64,000 nt of DNA from Vicingaceae bacterium (GCA_032251145.1 JAVVER010000001.1:17629-81628), one strand, 5' to 3'; numbered from the stretch's first letter, positions 46,604 through 56,198 are shown. Made by a program: numbers and translations. Notes: generated from the letters alone by a model not told the origin.

Positions 46604-46680
46604 AGAAACAAATCATTAAGAAATTAAGGAACATTAAGAATTAAAACCTTAATAATCTTAATGCCTTAATGGTAAAAAAG
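46604..46680 (+). repeat. TTAAG/CTTAA triple-palindrome intergenic repeat, copy R2
   Basis: Starts directly after the stop codon, as R1 does (TAAAGAAACAAA). Three ATTAAG units are mirrored by three CTTAAT units. Confidence 0.85.
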
Positions 46681-46688
46681 AAAAATTA

Positions 46689-47093
46689 ATGACAAAAAAA
46701 GAAGTAACACAATTATCTTATGAAATAATAGGTTGTGCAATAACCGTTCATAAAGAACTTGGTCCAGGGTTATTAGAAAGTGTATATGAACAATGTTTGA
46801 AATATGAATTAATTAAAAATGGATATAAAGTAACGCAGCAATTAATCGTTCCAGTAATTTATAATGAACTCGAAATGGAGGTTAATTTAAGAGTTGATTT
46901 ATTAGTTAATGATGTTGTTGTTATAGAATTAAAAGCAGTAGAAAATATTCTTCCTGTTCATGAAGCTCAATTATTAACCTATATGAAATTATTAAAAAAA
47001 CCTCAGGGGTTATTAATAAATTTTTACACTGATAATATTGCAAAATCTAAAAAACCATTTGTTAATGAGTATTTTTCTCAATTGCCTGATTAA
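46689..47093 (+). CDS. GxxExxY family protein (PD-(D/E)xK nuclease-like fold)
   Basis: 134 aa with GPGLLESVYEQCL (GxxExxY) and a later DLLV...IELK block. Confidence 0.75.
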   Translation: MTKKEVTQLSYEIIGCAITVHKELGPGLLESVYEQCLKYELIKNGYKVTQQLIVPVIYNELEMEVNLRVDLLVNDVVVIELKAVENILPVHEAQLLTYMKLLKKPQGLLINFYTDNIAKSKKPFVNEYFSQLPD

Positions 47094-47097
47094 AAAT

Positions 47098-47244
47098 AGA
47101 AAACCATTGAGAAATTAAGAAAAATTAAGAGCTAAAACCTTAATAATCTTAATGCCTTAATGGTGAAAAAAGATGATAAATTGAAACCTTTTATAAAGTA
47201 AGAACAATAACCTTAATCAACTTAATTCCTTAATGGTAAAAAAA
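47098..47244 (+). repeat. TTAAG/CTTAA repeat copy R3 (47098-47172) plus right-half copy R3b (47209-47244)
   Basis: The R3 right half AAAACCTTAATAATCTTAATGCCTTAATGGT is identical to R2. R3b is AACCTTAATCAACTTAATTCCTTAATGGTAAAAAAA. Confidence 0.8.
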
Positions 47245-47255
47245 TAAAAAAAACT

Positions 47256-48233
47256 ATGAAATCAATTAGCTTAACTCTTATCCTTTTTGGATTTATCAGT
47301 TGCGGAAATAGCAACAATACACACCAAGAATCAAACACTACTAACACAACTGAAAATATTGTGTCTGAACAACCTATTGAAGCTGCTCAAGAAGTTGAAG
47401 CAACAAAAGAAGAAGAACTTGTTACCGAAGTTACAGAAGAAGAAACAGTTGAAAGTTTGAAACCAGAAACTTCAAGTCCTAAACCTCAAACTCCAAACAA
47501 AAAACCTGTAACTGAAGCTAAACCTCAACCAACTATTGAAGAAACACTTCCTGAACCTGAAAAAGAAATTGTGGTAAACGACAAACCCAATCATCAAGCA
47601 TGGGATGAACTCGCTAAAAAATACGTTACGGCAAATGGAAAAGTAAATTACAACGGCTTTAAATCTGAATTAGATAAATTAAAAAAATACATTGATTATT
47701 TGGGTGAAAATCCTGTAAAATCTACTTGGAGTAAAAACGAAGAGTTGGCTTATTGGTTTAATCTTTACAATGCTTCAACGGTTTATTTAATTGCTTCTAA
47801 TTATCCAACTTCTAGCATTACCAAGTTGGAAAAAGGCAAACCTTGGGACAAAAAATTCATTAAATCGGGCGATAAAACCTACTCGCTCAACGACATTGAA
47901 AATGTTATTGTTCGTCCGAAATTCAACGAACCCCTAGTGCATGTTGCTTTCAACTGTGCAGCAGTTTCTTGCCCTATTTTGCTCAATGAAGCTTTTGTTG
48001 CCGAAAAACTAACTACTCAGCTTACTAAACAAGCAAAAAATTGGGTAAATGATGCATCAAAAAATGAACTTTCTGCCGACAAAATTAAAGTAAGCCAAAT
48101 TTTCGATTGGTACAAAGCTGATTTCGATAAAGTGGGCGGTGTAATTGGTTTTATCAATAAATACAGCACAACGAAAATAAACGAAAACGCAAAAATTTCT
48201 TACTTAGAATACAACTGGAATTTAAACGAATAA
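47256..48233 (+). CDS. DUF547-domain lipoprotein with an acidic/Pro-rich linker
   Basis: Lipobox FISC. AYWFNLYNAS and HVAFNCAAVSCPIL are typical DUF547 motifs. Confidence 0.75.
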   Translation: MKSISLTLILFGFISCGNSNNTHQESNTTNTTENIVSEQPIEAAQEVEATKEEELVTEVTEEETVESLKPETSSPKPQTPNKKPVTEAKPQPTIEETLPEPEKEIVVNDKPNHQAWDELAKKYVTANGKVNYNGFKSELDKLKKYIDYLGENPVKSTWSKNEELAYWFNLYNASTVYLIASNYPTSSITKLEKGKPWDKKFIKSGDKTYSLNDIENVIVRPKFNEPLVHVAFNCAAVSCPILLNEAFVAEKLTTQLTKQAKNWVNDASKNELSADKIKVSQIFDWYKADFDKVGGVIGFINKYSTTKINENAKISYLEYNWNLNE

Positions 48234-48237
48234 TATA

Positions 48238-49830
48238 ATGAAGAGTATCAAAACCATAGGATTAATTATATTTTTAATAGCACTGAGCATTTTTACCGCT
48301 CTACTTTTTATTGGAAAATACGAACTTTCTGAAAACACCTTTACCAACTTTATTGAAAACAAAGGCATTAAAAGTGAGCTATTTATACAAAGCATAGAGC
48401 AAAAAGTGGTTGGAAACGAATTTTCCAGTCAATTTGCCATGTCGGGTGCAATTATTCATTCGTTAGAAGAAGCTAACAACACGCACAAAACCAATCAAGA
48501 ATGGGATAAAGTAATTTGGGACAAACCACATAATTTATCTTACGAGCTCATAAAACCATCTGGAAAAGGATTTGTTTATGAGAATAAAGGCTTGTTTTGG
48601 CTGCTCACTTTCGGGTTAGGAATTATTGGAGCGTTACTTTTTATTCTTCCCAATGTAATTTTAATGGGAGGTCCTGGAATTAAAAATAATGGTATTTATC
48701 ATAGTACTGCTACCAACAGAGGTTGGATAGGAATATTGGCTTTTATTTATTTAGTTGGCTTTTATGTGTTGCTATATTTTAATGCCGATTATGTAGTCAA
48801 TTGGACGTATGTTGTTGACCCCATCAGTTTGGGCCTTAGCGGAAATTTAGCCAGTCAGTGGTTTTTATACGGCTTTTTGTATTGCACAGTAATGACAGTT
48901 ATGGCGGTTCGTATGTACATCAAATACCGCCACAACAAATATCAAATAGTGCGAACTACTTCAGTGTTGTTTTTTCAGATAGGGTTTGCTTTTTTAATTC
49001 CAGAAATTTTAGTTCGTTTCAACCAACCTTATGTTGATTTTAAAAATGCCTTTCCATTAGACTACGATTTCTTTTTCGATTGGAATCTCAACAACTTAAT
49101 GGCAAGCGGCAACATGGGTATTTTTATTTTGGTTTGGGGCTTGGCACTTACCTTGATTATTGTTCCTGTATTGGTTTATTTTTACGGTAAAAGATGGTAT
49201 TGCTCTTGGGTTTGTGGTTGCGGAGGATTAGCCGAAACATTGGGAGATCCTTACCGTCAACTTTCAAGCAAAAAAATGGTTGCTTGGAAAATTGAACGAT
49301 GGTTAGTGCATGGTGTGTTGGTTTTTGCTCTTTTGATGACCATTTTTTCGCTTTACTCTTATTTTTCGGGGGCAGATAGTTTAATGGGAATTAAAACCAA
49401 AGATGTAGAATATTATTACGGATTTTTAATAGGCTCTATATTCGCAGGCGTAATTGGAACAGGTTTTTACCCCATTTTAGGCAACAGAGTTTGGTGCCGA
49501 TTTGGCTGTCCGCTTGCCGCATATATGGGCTTAGTACAGCGTTTTAAATCTCGTTTTAGAATTACCACCAATGGCGGACAATGTATTTCTTGTGGAAATT
49601 GCTCAACCTATTGCGAACAAGGAATTGATGTGAGGGCTTATGCTCAAAAAGGAGAAAATATTATCCGTGCAAGCTGTGTAGGTTGTGGCGTTTGTGCTGC
49701 TGTTTGTCCTCGTGGCGTATTAAAATTAGAAAACGGACCAGAAGAAGGTAGAATAAAGTCTGTTGAAATTCCTTTAGGAAACGATATTGATTTAATAAAA
49801 ATGATGAATGATAGAAAAAATGCTTCGTAG
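48238..49830 (+). CDS. polytopic membrane 4Fe-4S (polyferredoxin-like) protein
   Basis: CSWVCGCG, CRFGCP, CISCGNCSTYC and CVGCGVCAAVCP motifs, with multiple TM helices. Confidence 0.75.
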   Translation: MKSIKTIGLIIFLIALSIFTALLFIGKYELSENTFTNFIENKGIKSELFIQSIEQKVVGNEFSSQFAMSGAIIHSLEEANNTHKTNQEWDKVIWDKPHNLSYELIKPSGKGFVYENKGLFWLLTFGLGIIGALLFILPNVILMGGPGIKNNGIYHSTATNRGWIGILAFIYLVGFYVLLYFNADYVVNWTYVVDPISLGLSGNLASQWFLYGFLYCTVMTVMAVRMYIKYRHNKYQIVRTTSVLFFQIGFAFLIPEILVRFNQPYVDFKNAFPLDYDFFFDWNLNNLMASGNMGIFILVWGLALTLIIVPVLVYFYGKRWYCSWVCGCGGLAETLGDPYRQLSSKKMVAWKIERWLVHGVLVFALLMTIFSLYSYFSGADSLMGIKTKDVEYYYGFLIGSIFAGVIGTGFYPILGNRVWCRFGCPLAAYMGLVQRFKSRFRITTNGGQCISCGNCSTYCEQGIDVRAYAQKGENIIRASCVGCGVCAAVCPRGVLKLENGPEEGRIKSVEIPLGNDIDLIKMMNDRKNAS

Positions 49831-50314
49831 TTTACTATTTAAAAAATCCTTACTTTTTTTATTGTTTTTAATGTGCTTTTCGGTGTTAAAAGCTCAAAAG
49901 ATCTATGAAATAAACTATTTTAATAACGGCAATGTAAAATCGCATGGCTGGATAAATAATGGAATAAAGGATGGTTATTGGAAATTCTATTACGAAAATG
50001 GCTATTTAAAACATGAAGGTCATTTTTCTCAAAATCAAAAACACAATTACTGGTTTTATTATGAAACTAACGGCAAAAAAGTTAAAGAAGGACATTATGA
50101 TAGTGGGAAAAAGACAAAATGGTGGAGTTTCTATAATAATAAAGGATTGGTATCTCATAAATGCCAATATTCAAAAGATAAAAAAAACGGATACAGTATA
50201 ATTTATCTCAACAATAAACCTATAAAGGTGGAATATTATGAAGATGATAATAAAACAAACGAATGGGATGATTATTTTTCATTTCGCAAAGATAATCCAG
50301 TTATAAATCTTTAA
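49808..50314 (+). CDS. MORN-repeat variant (YwqK-like) secreted protein
   Basis: Repeated G-W-x-Y/F-Y-x-N-G-x-K-x-E-G-H units. An alternative start at 49820 is possible. Confidence 0.6.
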   Translation: MIEKMLRSLLFKKSLLFLLFLMCFSVLKAQKIYEINYFNNGNVKSHGWINNGIKDGYWKFYYENGYLKHEGHFSQNQKHNYWFYYETNGKKVKEGHYDSGKKTKWWSFYNNKGLVSHKCQYSKDKKNGYSIIYLNNKPIKVEYYEDDNKTNEWDDYFSFRKDNPVINL

Positions 50315-50322
50315 AAACGTAA

Positions 50323-51015
50323 ATGAACCCAATTATAAAAGTAATTATCCCAGCTTTTAATGAGCAAAATTCCATTGCTCATGTTATTAACGATATTCCA
50401 AATTCGGTTAATGAAGTCATTGTGGTGAACAATAATTCGTCAGATAAAACGGGTGAAAATGCAAAAAATGCTGGAGCAACCGTACTATCTGAAAACAATC
50501 CTGGTTACGGATATGCTTGTTTAAAAGGTATGGATTACATCGCAAAGCAAACTCAACAGCCCGATATAGTTGTTTTTTTAGATGGCGATTATTCCGATTA
50601 TCCCGAGCAACTTACTCAAATTGTAGCTCCAATAATTCATAACGATATTGATTTTGTGATTGGTGCAAGAGTTAAACACTTAAGAGAAGCTGGTTCCATG
50701 ACTCCTCAACAAGTTTTTGGAAATTGGTTAGCCACTTTTTTAATGAAATGGTTCTTCCGTTCTACTTTTACCGATTTAGGCCCTTTTAGAGCCATAAAAT
50801 ATGAAAAATTACTTGCTCTTAATATGCAAGACAAAACCTACGGTTGGACAGTAGAAATGCAACTCAAAGCATTGAAACAAAAAATGAGTTATACAGAAAT
50901 ACCCGTGAAATATAGAAACCGAATTGGCGTATCAAAAGTTTCGGGAACGGTTAAAGGGTCTGTTATGGCAGGAATAAAAATATTAAGTTGGATTTTTAAA
51001 TACAGTTTTAAATAA
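50323..51015 (+). CDS. GT2 glycosyltransferase (polyprenol-phosphate glycosyltransferase-like)
   Basis: VIIPAFNE, FLDGDYSD (DxD). 230 aa. Confidence 0.7.
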   Translation: MNPIIKVIIPAFNEQNSIAHVINDIPNSVNEVIVVNNNSSDKTGENAKNAGATVLSENNPGYGYACLKGMDYIAKQTQQPDIVVFLDGDYSDYPEQLTQIVAPIIHNDIDFVIGARVKHLREAGSMTPQQVFGNWLATFLMKWFFRSTFTDLGPFRAIKYEKLLALNMQDKTYGWTVEMQLKALKQKMSYTEIPVKYRNRIGVSKVSGTVKGSVMAGIKILSWIFKYSFK

Positions 51016-52509
51016 ATGATAATAGCAACAATCATCATTATTATATACACATTGGCTTTGCTGCTCATCTTTTTTTATGCGTTGGCTCAGCTCAATTTGT
51101 TGTTTAATTACATCAAATACAAAAAAGAAACTAAACATCAAGTTAAACTTGAGTTGTCTGTTTTTAAAGAATTGCCTATGGTTACCATTCAGCTTCCGGT
51201 TTATAACGAAATGTATGTAATGGAACGGTTACTCAACAATATTGCTCAAATAGATTATCCAAAAGATAAATTGGAAATACAAGTATTGGATGATTCAACT
51301 GATGAATCTTTAGAAACTACCAAAACACAAATTGAGGCACTGCAAAAAACTGGCTTAGACATTCAACACATTACTAGAAAAGACAGAAAAAACTTTAAAG
51401 CTGGAGCATTAAAAGAAGGTTTAGTAACAGCAAAAGGCGAATTTATTGCCATTTTTGATGCTGATTTTCTCCCTCAAAAAGATTGGTTAAAACTCACTCT
51501 CCCCTATTTTATTGATGAGAAGATTGGCGTAGTGCAAACCCGATGGGGACATCTGAATAAAGATTATTCTATGCTCACAAAAGTACAAGCTTTTGCATTG
51601 GATTTACATTTTACTTTAGAACAGGTTGGCAGAAACAGTCAGCAGCATTTTATCAACTTTAACGGTACTGCTGGTATTTGGCGTAAAAGCTGCATTTTAG
51701 ATGCTGGAAATTGGCAAGGCGACACCCTAACCGAGGATTTAGATTTAAGCTACAGAGCCCAACTCAACAAATGGAAGTTCAAATATTTAGAAGATGTAGA
51801 AACACCTGCCGAATTACCAATTATTATTAGTGCTGCTCGCTCGCAGCAATTTAGGTGGAACAAAGGTGGTGCTGAAAATTACCAAAAAATGATTAGGAAA
51901 GTTTTTGCTTCTAACAACATCTCATTAAAAACAAAATGGCATGCTGCTTTTCATTTACTCAACAGCACCATGTTTTTTACCATTTTAGTTATTGCTTTAT
52001 TAAGCGTTCCCATTTTATATATTAAAGCTTGGTATCCAGAGTTGAAGTATGTATTTTACATCATGGCATTTTTCCTGATGAGTACGCTTATTTTCTTTTG
52101 TTGTTATTGGGAAATGTTTAAACAAATTTATGGCGGTGGTTGGAAAAAGTTTTTTGTATTTATTGGTCGATTTTTTGCCTTTTTTTCCATTGCTATGGGC
52201 TTTTCGTGGAACAATACCGTTGCCATTTTAGAAGGTCATTTGGGTAAAAAAAGTGCCTTTATTCGCACCCCAAAATTTAATATCAATGCTGTTTCCGATA
52301 AATGGACCGGTAACAAATACATTACCAACAAAATTTCGCTTAACACCATTATAGAAGGATTATTGATGCTCTATTTTGCTTTTGGCTTATACAGTGCCTT
52401 TGTTGTAAAACCCGAAGGACAAGATTTTGGTATGTTCCCCTTTCATTTGATGTTGTTTGCAGGATTTGCGTATGTGTTTTTTAGCTCTGTTTTTAGTCGT
52501 GTTAAATGA
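51016..52509 (+). CDS. processive GT2 beta-glycan synthase-like membrane glycosyltransferase
   Basis: LDDSTD, FDADF, TEDLDLS and QQFRW (the D,D,D,QxxRW set), with N- and C-terminal TM helices. Confidence 0.75.
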   Translation: MIIATIIIIIYTLALLLIFFYALAQLNLLFNYIKYKKETKHQVKLELSVFKELPMVTIQLPVYNEMYVMERLLNNIAQIDYPKDKLEIQVLDDSTDESLETTKTQIEALQKTGLDIQHITRKDRKNFKAGALKEGLVTAKGEFIAIFDADFLPQKDWLKLTLPYFIDEKIGVVQTRWGHLNKDYSMLTKVQAFALDLHFTLEQVGRNSQQHFINFNGTAGIWRKSCILDAGNWQGDTLTEDLDLSYRAQLNKWKFKYLEDVETPAELPIIISAARSQQFRWNKGGAENYQKMIRKVFASNNISLKTKWHAAFHLLNSTMFFTILVIALLSVPILYIKAWYPELKYVFYIMAFFLMSTLIFFCCYWEMFKQIYGGGWKKFFVFIGRFFAFFSIAMGFSWNNTVAILEGHLGKKSAFIRTPKFNINAVSDKWTGNKYITNKISLNTIIEGLLMLYFAFGLYSAFVVKPEGQDFGMFPFHLMLFAGFAYVFFSSVFSRVK

Positions 52510-53846
52510 ATATAAAAAACAATTCCATTCTATTTTACACCTTAACTGGTTTAAGTGCAATAGGCTACTTTCTATTTGCTTATCATACCCAACGAGCCGA
52601 TTTTGCTAATGTTTTTGTTATCTACGCTGCTTTGTTTTTGTTGTTTGTTGGAATGTATCAAACTCAAAAAAACAATTTTTTAACCTTAGCTGGTGTTGGT
52701 ATTTTATTCCGAATTATTTTTTTTGTTGCCATACCTAATTTATCCCAAGATTTTTATCGATTTATTTGGGATGGAAGAATGCTTTTAAATGGATTTAATC
52801 CCTATTTATTTACCCCCGAATCGTTTATACAAAGTGGAGAATTGCCTATCAACCAAGCCCAAGAACTTTATGAAGGAATGGGTCAACTAAACGGCAGTAA
52901 CTTCACCAACTATCCGCCTATCAATCAGCTTTGTTTTGTGTTGGCAAATTTGTTTGGCACCAATTCTATTTTAGGAAGTGTTATTGGGCTTCGTTTCCAA
53001 ATTATTTTAGCAGATATTGGTATTTTATATTTCGGAAAAAAATTACTCGAAAAACTTCATTTACCTGTTTCTGCTATTTTCCTGTATTTTCTAAACCCTT
53101 TTATTATTATTGAACTTACAGGCAATTTACATTTTGAAGGGGTGATGCTCTTTTTTTTAGTCTGGTCGTTGTATTTATTACATACCCAAAAATGGAAATG
53201 GGCGGCAATAGTATTAGCACTTTCTGTTTCGGTAAAGCTCATACCATTAATTTTTCTACCCTTGTTTTATCAACGATTTAAACTCAAGCAACTACTTGTT
53301 TTTTATGGAATCACGCTTATTGCTATTGCCCTACTTTTTATTCCTTTTTTTAATACGGTTTTTATTGCCAATTATTCGCAGAGCGTGGGTTTATGGTTTA
53401 GATCTTTTGAATTTAATGCCAGTTTTTATTATTTAGCACGAGCCATTGGCTATCAAATTAGCGGATATAATCAAATTGCTATAATTGGTAAAATAATTCC
53501 TTTAGTTGTTATTTTAATTGTTTTAATATTTTCATTCTTTCGAGAAAATAAAACTTCCCAGCAACTTATTACAGTTATGTTGCTAAGTTTGAGTGTTTAT
53601 TTCTTTTTAAGTACCACCGTTCATCCTTGGTATGTTGCTACGTTGGTTTTGTTAAGTGTATTTTCCAAATATAGGTTTGCTTTGGTATGGAGTTTCGCTG
53701 TTATTTTAAGTTATTCTGCTTATACTAACAATCAGTTTAACGAAAATTTGTGGTTAGTTGCCTTAGAATATTCGTTGGTACTGGGATGGTTTATTTGGGA
53801 GTTGTTTTTAAGTAATAAACACAGCCACATTGCTTATAAACAGTAA
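52506..53846 (+). CDS. polytopic GT-C-like membrane protein (DUF2029/mannosyltransferase-like)
   Basis: 446 aa with about 11 TM helices. ATGA overlap with the GT2 synthase gene. Confidence 0.5.
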   Translation: MNIKNNSILFYTLTGLSAIGYFLFAYHTQRADFANVFVIYAALFLLFVGMYQTQKNNFLTLAGVGILFRIIFFVAIPNLSQDFYRFIWDGRMLLNGFNPYLFTPESFIQSGELPINQAQELYEGMGQLNGSNFTNYPPINQLCFVLANLFGTNSILGSVIGLRFQIILADIGILYFGKKLLEKLHLPVSAIFLYFLNPFIIIELTGNLHFEGVMLFFLVWSLYLLHTQKWKWAAIVLALSVSVKLIPLIFLPLFYQRFKLKQLLVFYGITLIAIALLFIPFFNTVFIANYSQSVGLWFRSFEFNASFYYLARAIGYQISGYNQIAIIGKIIPLVVILIVLIFSFFRENKTSQQLITVMLLSLSVYFFLSTTVHPWYVATLVLLSVFSKYRFALVWSFAVILSYSAYTNNQFNENLWLVALEYSLVLGWFIWELFLSNKHSHIAYKQ

Positions 53847-53943
53847 GGCACTCAGTTTTTTTCCTTAATAATAAAAAATAAAATGTAAGGAAATAAAAAA
53901 CCTTTCGTCTGTTCATCCAAACAAAATTAAAATAAAAAAAAAG

Positions 53944-54423
53944 ATGAACTCAACAACCAAAAAAAGATTAAAAATAATTGCATTTCTTGGCCTAGGCGGA
54001 ATTGTAATTGCTGCAGGCATAGTAATTTATTTATTTAACATGCCTCACAGAGATGTAAAAGCAACTGCTGCAGACTATAGTATTAATGCCGAAGAAATTG
54101 TAGCAGAGTATTTAAAAGATGCTTTGGCAGCAAATGAAAAATATCTTGATGCAGAAGGAGAATCTAAAATATTAGCTGTTAATGGAGTAATAAATGAAAT
54201 TACAGAGGATTTTAATGGAGATAAAGTAGTGTTGTTGAAATCGGACCAAATGGAAGCAGGAGTTAGCTGTACATTTACCCCAGAAACCAACACGCAAGCA
54301 GCCAATTTTAAAGTTGGTGACAAAGTAATTATTAAAGGAGTTATTCGCTCGGGAGCAAGTTACGATGAAGATTTGGAAATGTACGAGCACGTAATTATGG
54401 AAAAAAGTAGTATTCAACAATAA
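53944..54423 (+). CDS. membrane-anchored OB-fold (tRNA_anti-like) protein
   Basis: N-terminal TM helix, 159 aa. The family call is tentative. Confidence 0.4.
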   Translation: MNSTTKKRLKIIAFLGLGGIVIAAGIVIYLFNMPHRDVKATAADYSINAEEIVAEYLKDALAANEKYLDAEGESKILAVNGVINEITEDFNGDKVVLLKSDQMEAGVSCTFTPETNTQAANFKVGDKVIIKGVIRSGASYDEDLEMYEHVIMEKSSIQQ

Positions 54424-54459
54424 TAAATAATAATAAAAACCATTTAAAAATTAAAAATC

Positions 54460-55017
54460 ATGAAAAAAACAATGCTAACCATTATGGCTGTAGCTGCAAT
54501 CAGTTTAACTGCCATGTCGCAAAAATTAGTAACTTCAAAATCTAACATCAAGTTTCACTCGCATACCGCAGCAGAAGATATTGAAGCAAACAACACTAAA
54601 GCTGTTGGAACGATAGATACAAAAACAGGAGAAGTGGTGTTTTCAGTACCAATGCAAGCTTTTGAATTTGAAAAATCATTGATGCAAAAACATTACAACA
54701 GCCCTAAATTTTTGGACACAAAACAATTTCCTAAAGCAAAATTAACAGGTAAAATAACTAATTTATCAAGTGTAAATTTTACAAAAGATGGTACTTATAC
54801 AGTAACAGTAAAAGGAGAGATGGACATGCACGGAGTTAAGAATCCAATTGAAGAACAAGCAACCATTACTATTAAAAATGGAGTAGTTTCGGTAGATACA
54901 AAATTTAAAATTGTATTGGCAGATTATAAAGTTGCATTTGAAAAAGGTAAGCCTTCAACTAACATCGCAAAAGAAGTTGAAGTAACAGTTAGTGCTGATT
55001 ATCAAGCTAAAAGCTAA
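54460..55017 (+). CDS. YceI family periplasmic protein
   Basis: Signal peptide, 185 aa. IKFHSHT ... GEMDMHGV is typical of YceI. Confidence 0.7.
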   Translation: MKKTMLTIMAVAAISLTAMSQKLVTSKSNIKFHSHTAAEDIEANNTKAVGTIDTKTGEVVFSVPMQAFEFEKSLMQKHYNSPKFLDTKQFPKAKLTGKITNLSSVNFTKDGTYTVTVKGEMDMHGVKNPIEEQATITIKNGVVSVDTKFKIVLADYKVAFEKGKPSTNIAKEVEVTVSADYQAKS

Positions 55018-55026
55018 TTCTAAAAC

Positions 55027-55072
55027 AACCCATTAAGCAAATTGTATTAATTATTTGTTTAGTGGGTTTTTA
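55027..55072 (+). terminator. Rho-independent terminator
   Basis: 16-bp stem (55027-55042 / 55053-55068, including two G:U pairs) followed by TTTT. Confidence 0.65.
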
Positions 55073-55086
55073 AAACCTTAAAAACC

Positions 55087-55545
55087 ATGAAGAACTTGAT
55101 TTACCCCATAATTATACTAGCCATTGCAAGCATTTTATTTTTTGCTTTTAAAAGCCCTAATGTAGATTTCAACAAAGATTCTCATGAAGGAATTCAATTC
55201 TATAAAGGAGCTTGGCAAGAAGCACTAGAAAAAGCTGAAAAAGAAAATAAAATTATTTTTCTTGATGTTTATGCAACTTGGTGTGGTCCATGTAAAAAGC
55301 TAAAAGCTTATACTTTTTCTGATGCTACAGTAGGTAGTTTTTATAACAATAACTTTATAAATGTGGCAGTTGATGGTGAAAAAGGCGAGGGCATTGAATT
55401 AGCAAAGAAATATAGTGTAAGAGCTTATCCGACACTTTTGTTTATAAATTCTTCAGGAGAAATAGTTCATAGAACAGCTGGTTATCATAAAGCAAATGAT
55501 TTTAATGAATTAGGTGAACTGGTAGTAAAAAACATTAAAAGATAA
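55087..55545 (+). CDS. exported thioredoxin-family protein
   Basis: WCGPC active site and an N-terminal anchor. Confidence 0.8.
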   Translation: MKNLIYPIIILAIASILFFAFKSPNVDFNKDSHEGIQFYKGAWQEALEKAEKENKIIFLDVYATWCGPCKKLKAYTFSDATVGSFYNNNFINVAVDGEKGEGIELAKKYSVRAYPTLLFINSSGEIVHRTAGYHKANDFNELGELVVKNIKR

Positions 55546-55552
55546 CTAAACT

Positions 55553-56191
55553 ATGAAATTAACATTAGTAAATACCGCCATTATATTATTAATTATGATA
55601 GGATCAGGAAATATTTTCGGACAGGGTAAAAATAAAGAGAAAAAAGAACCGCAAGGATTAGCCATTGGTGATACAGTTGCAAACTTTACAACCATAGATG
55701 CAGATAGTAATTTGTATGTTTTTGAAAATATGATTAAAAAAGGACCAATAGTGGTTATTTTTATTCGTGGTCAGTGGTGTCCTATTTGTAACCGACACAT
55801 GAGTCAGCTACAAGATAGTCTGCAAGCGGTTTACAAAAAAGGAGCTAACGTTGTGGTAATCTCTCCAGAAAAACCCGAATATATTAATAAAACAATTGAA
55901 AAAACCAGAGCTCAATTTACCATACTTTACGATGAAAACCAAAAAATTTCAGACGCGTTTGATGTAACTTTTGAACCCAGTGGAAAAGACAAAATGATTT
56001 ACAATACTGTACTTGGAGCCAAACTAAAAGATGCTCATACTGATGATTCTGAAAGACTTCCTGTACCTGCCACATTTATAATTGATACCAATAAAAAAAT
56101 TGTTTGGAGACATTTTGACACCAACTATAAAAATCGTTCTACTGTAAAAGAAATTTTAGAAAACATTCCCGAAAAAAAGATTAAAAACTAA
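55553..56191 (+). CDS. exported AhpC/TSA-redoxin family protein
   Basis: WCPICN motif and a signal peptide. Confidence 0.7.
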   Translation: MKLTLVNTAIILLIMIGSGNIFGQGKNKEKKEPQGLAIGDTVANFTTIDADSNLYVFENMIKKGPIVVIFIRGQWCPICNRHMSQLQDSLQAVYKKGANVVVISPEKPEYINKTIEKTRAQFTILYDENQKISDAFDVTFEPSGKDKMIYNTVLGAKLKDAHTDDSERLPVPATFIIDTNKKIVWRHFDTNYKNRSTVKEILENIPEKKIKN

Positions 56192-56198
56192 CTAATTT

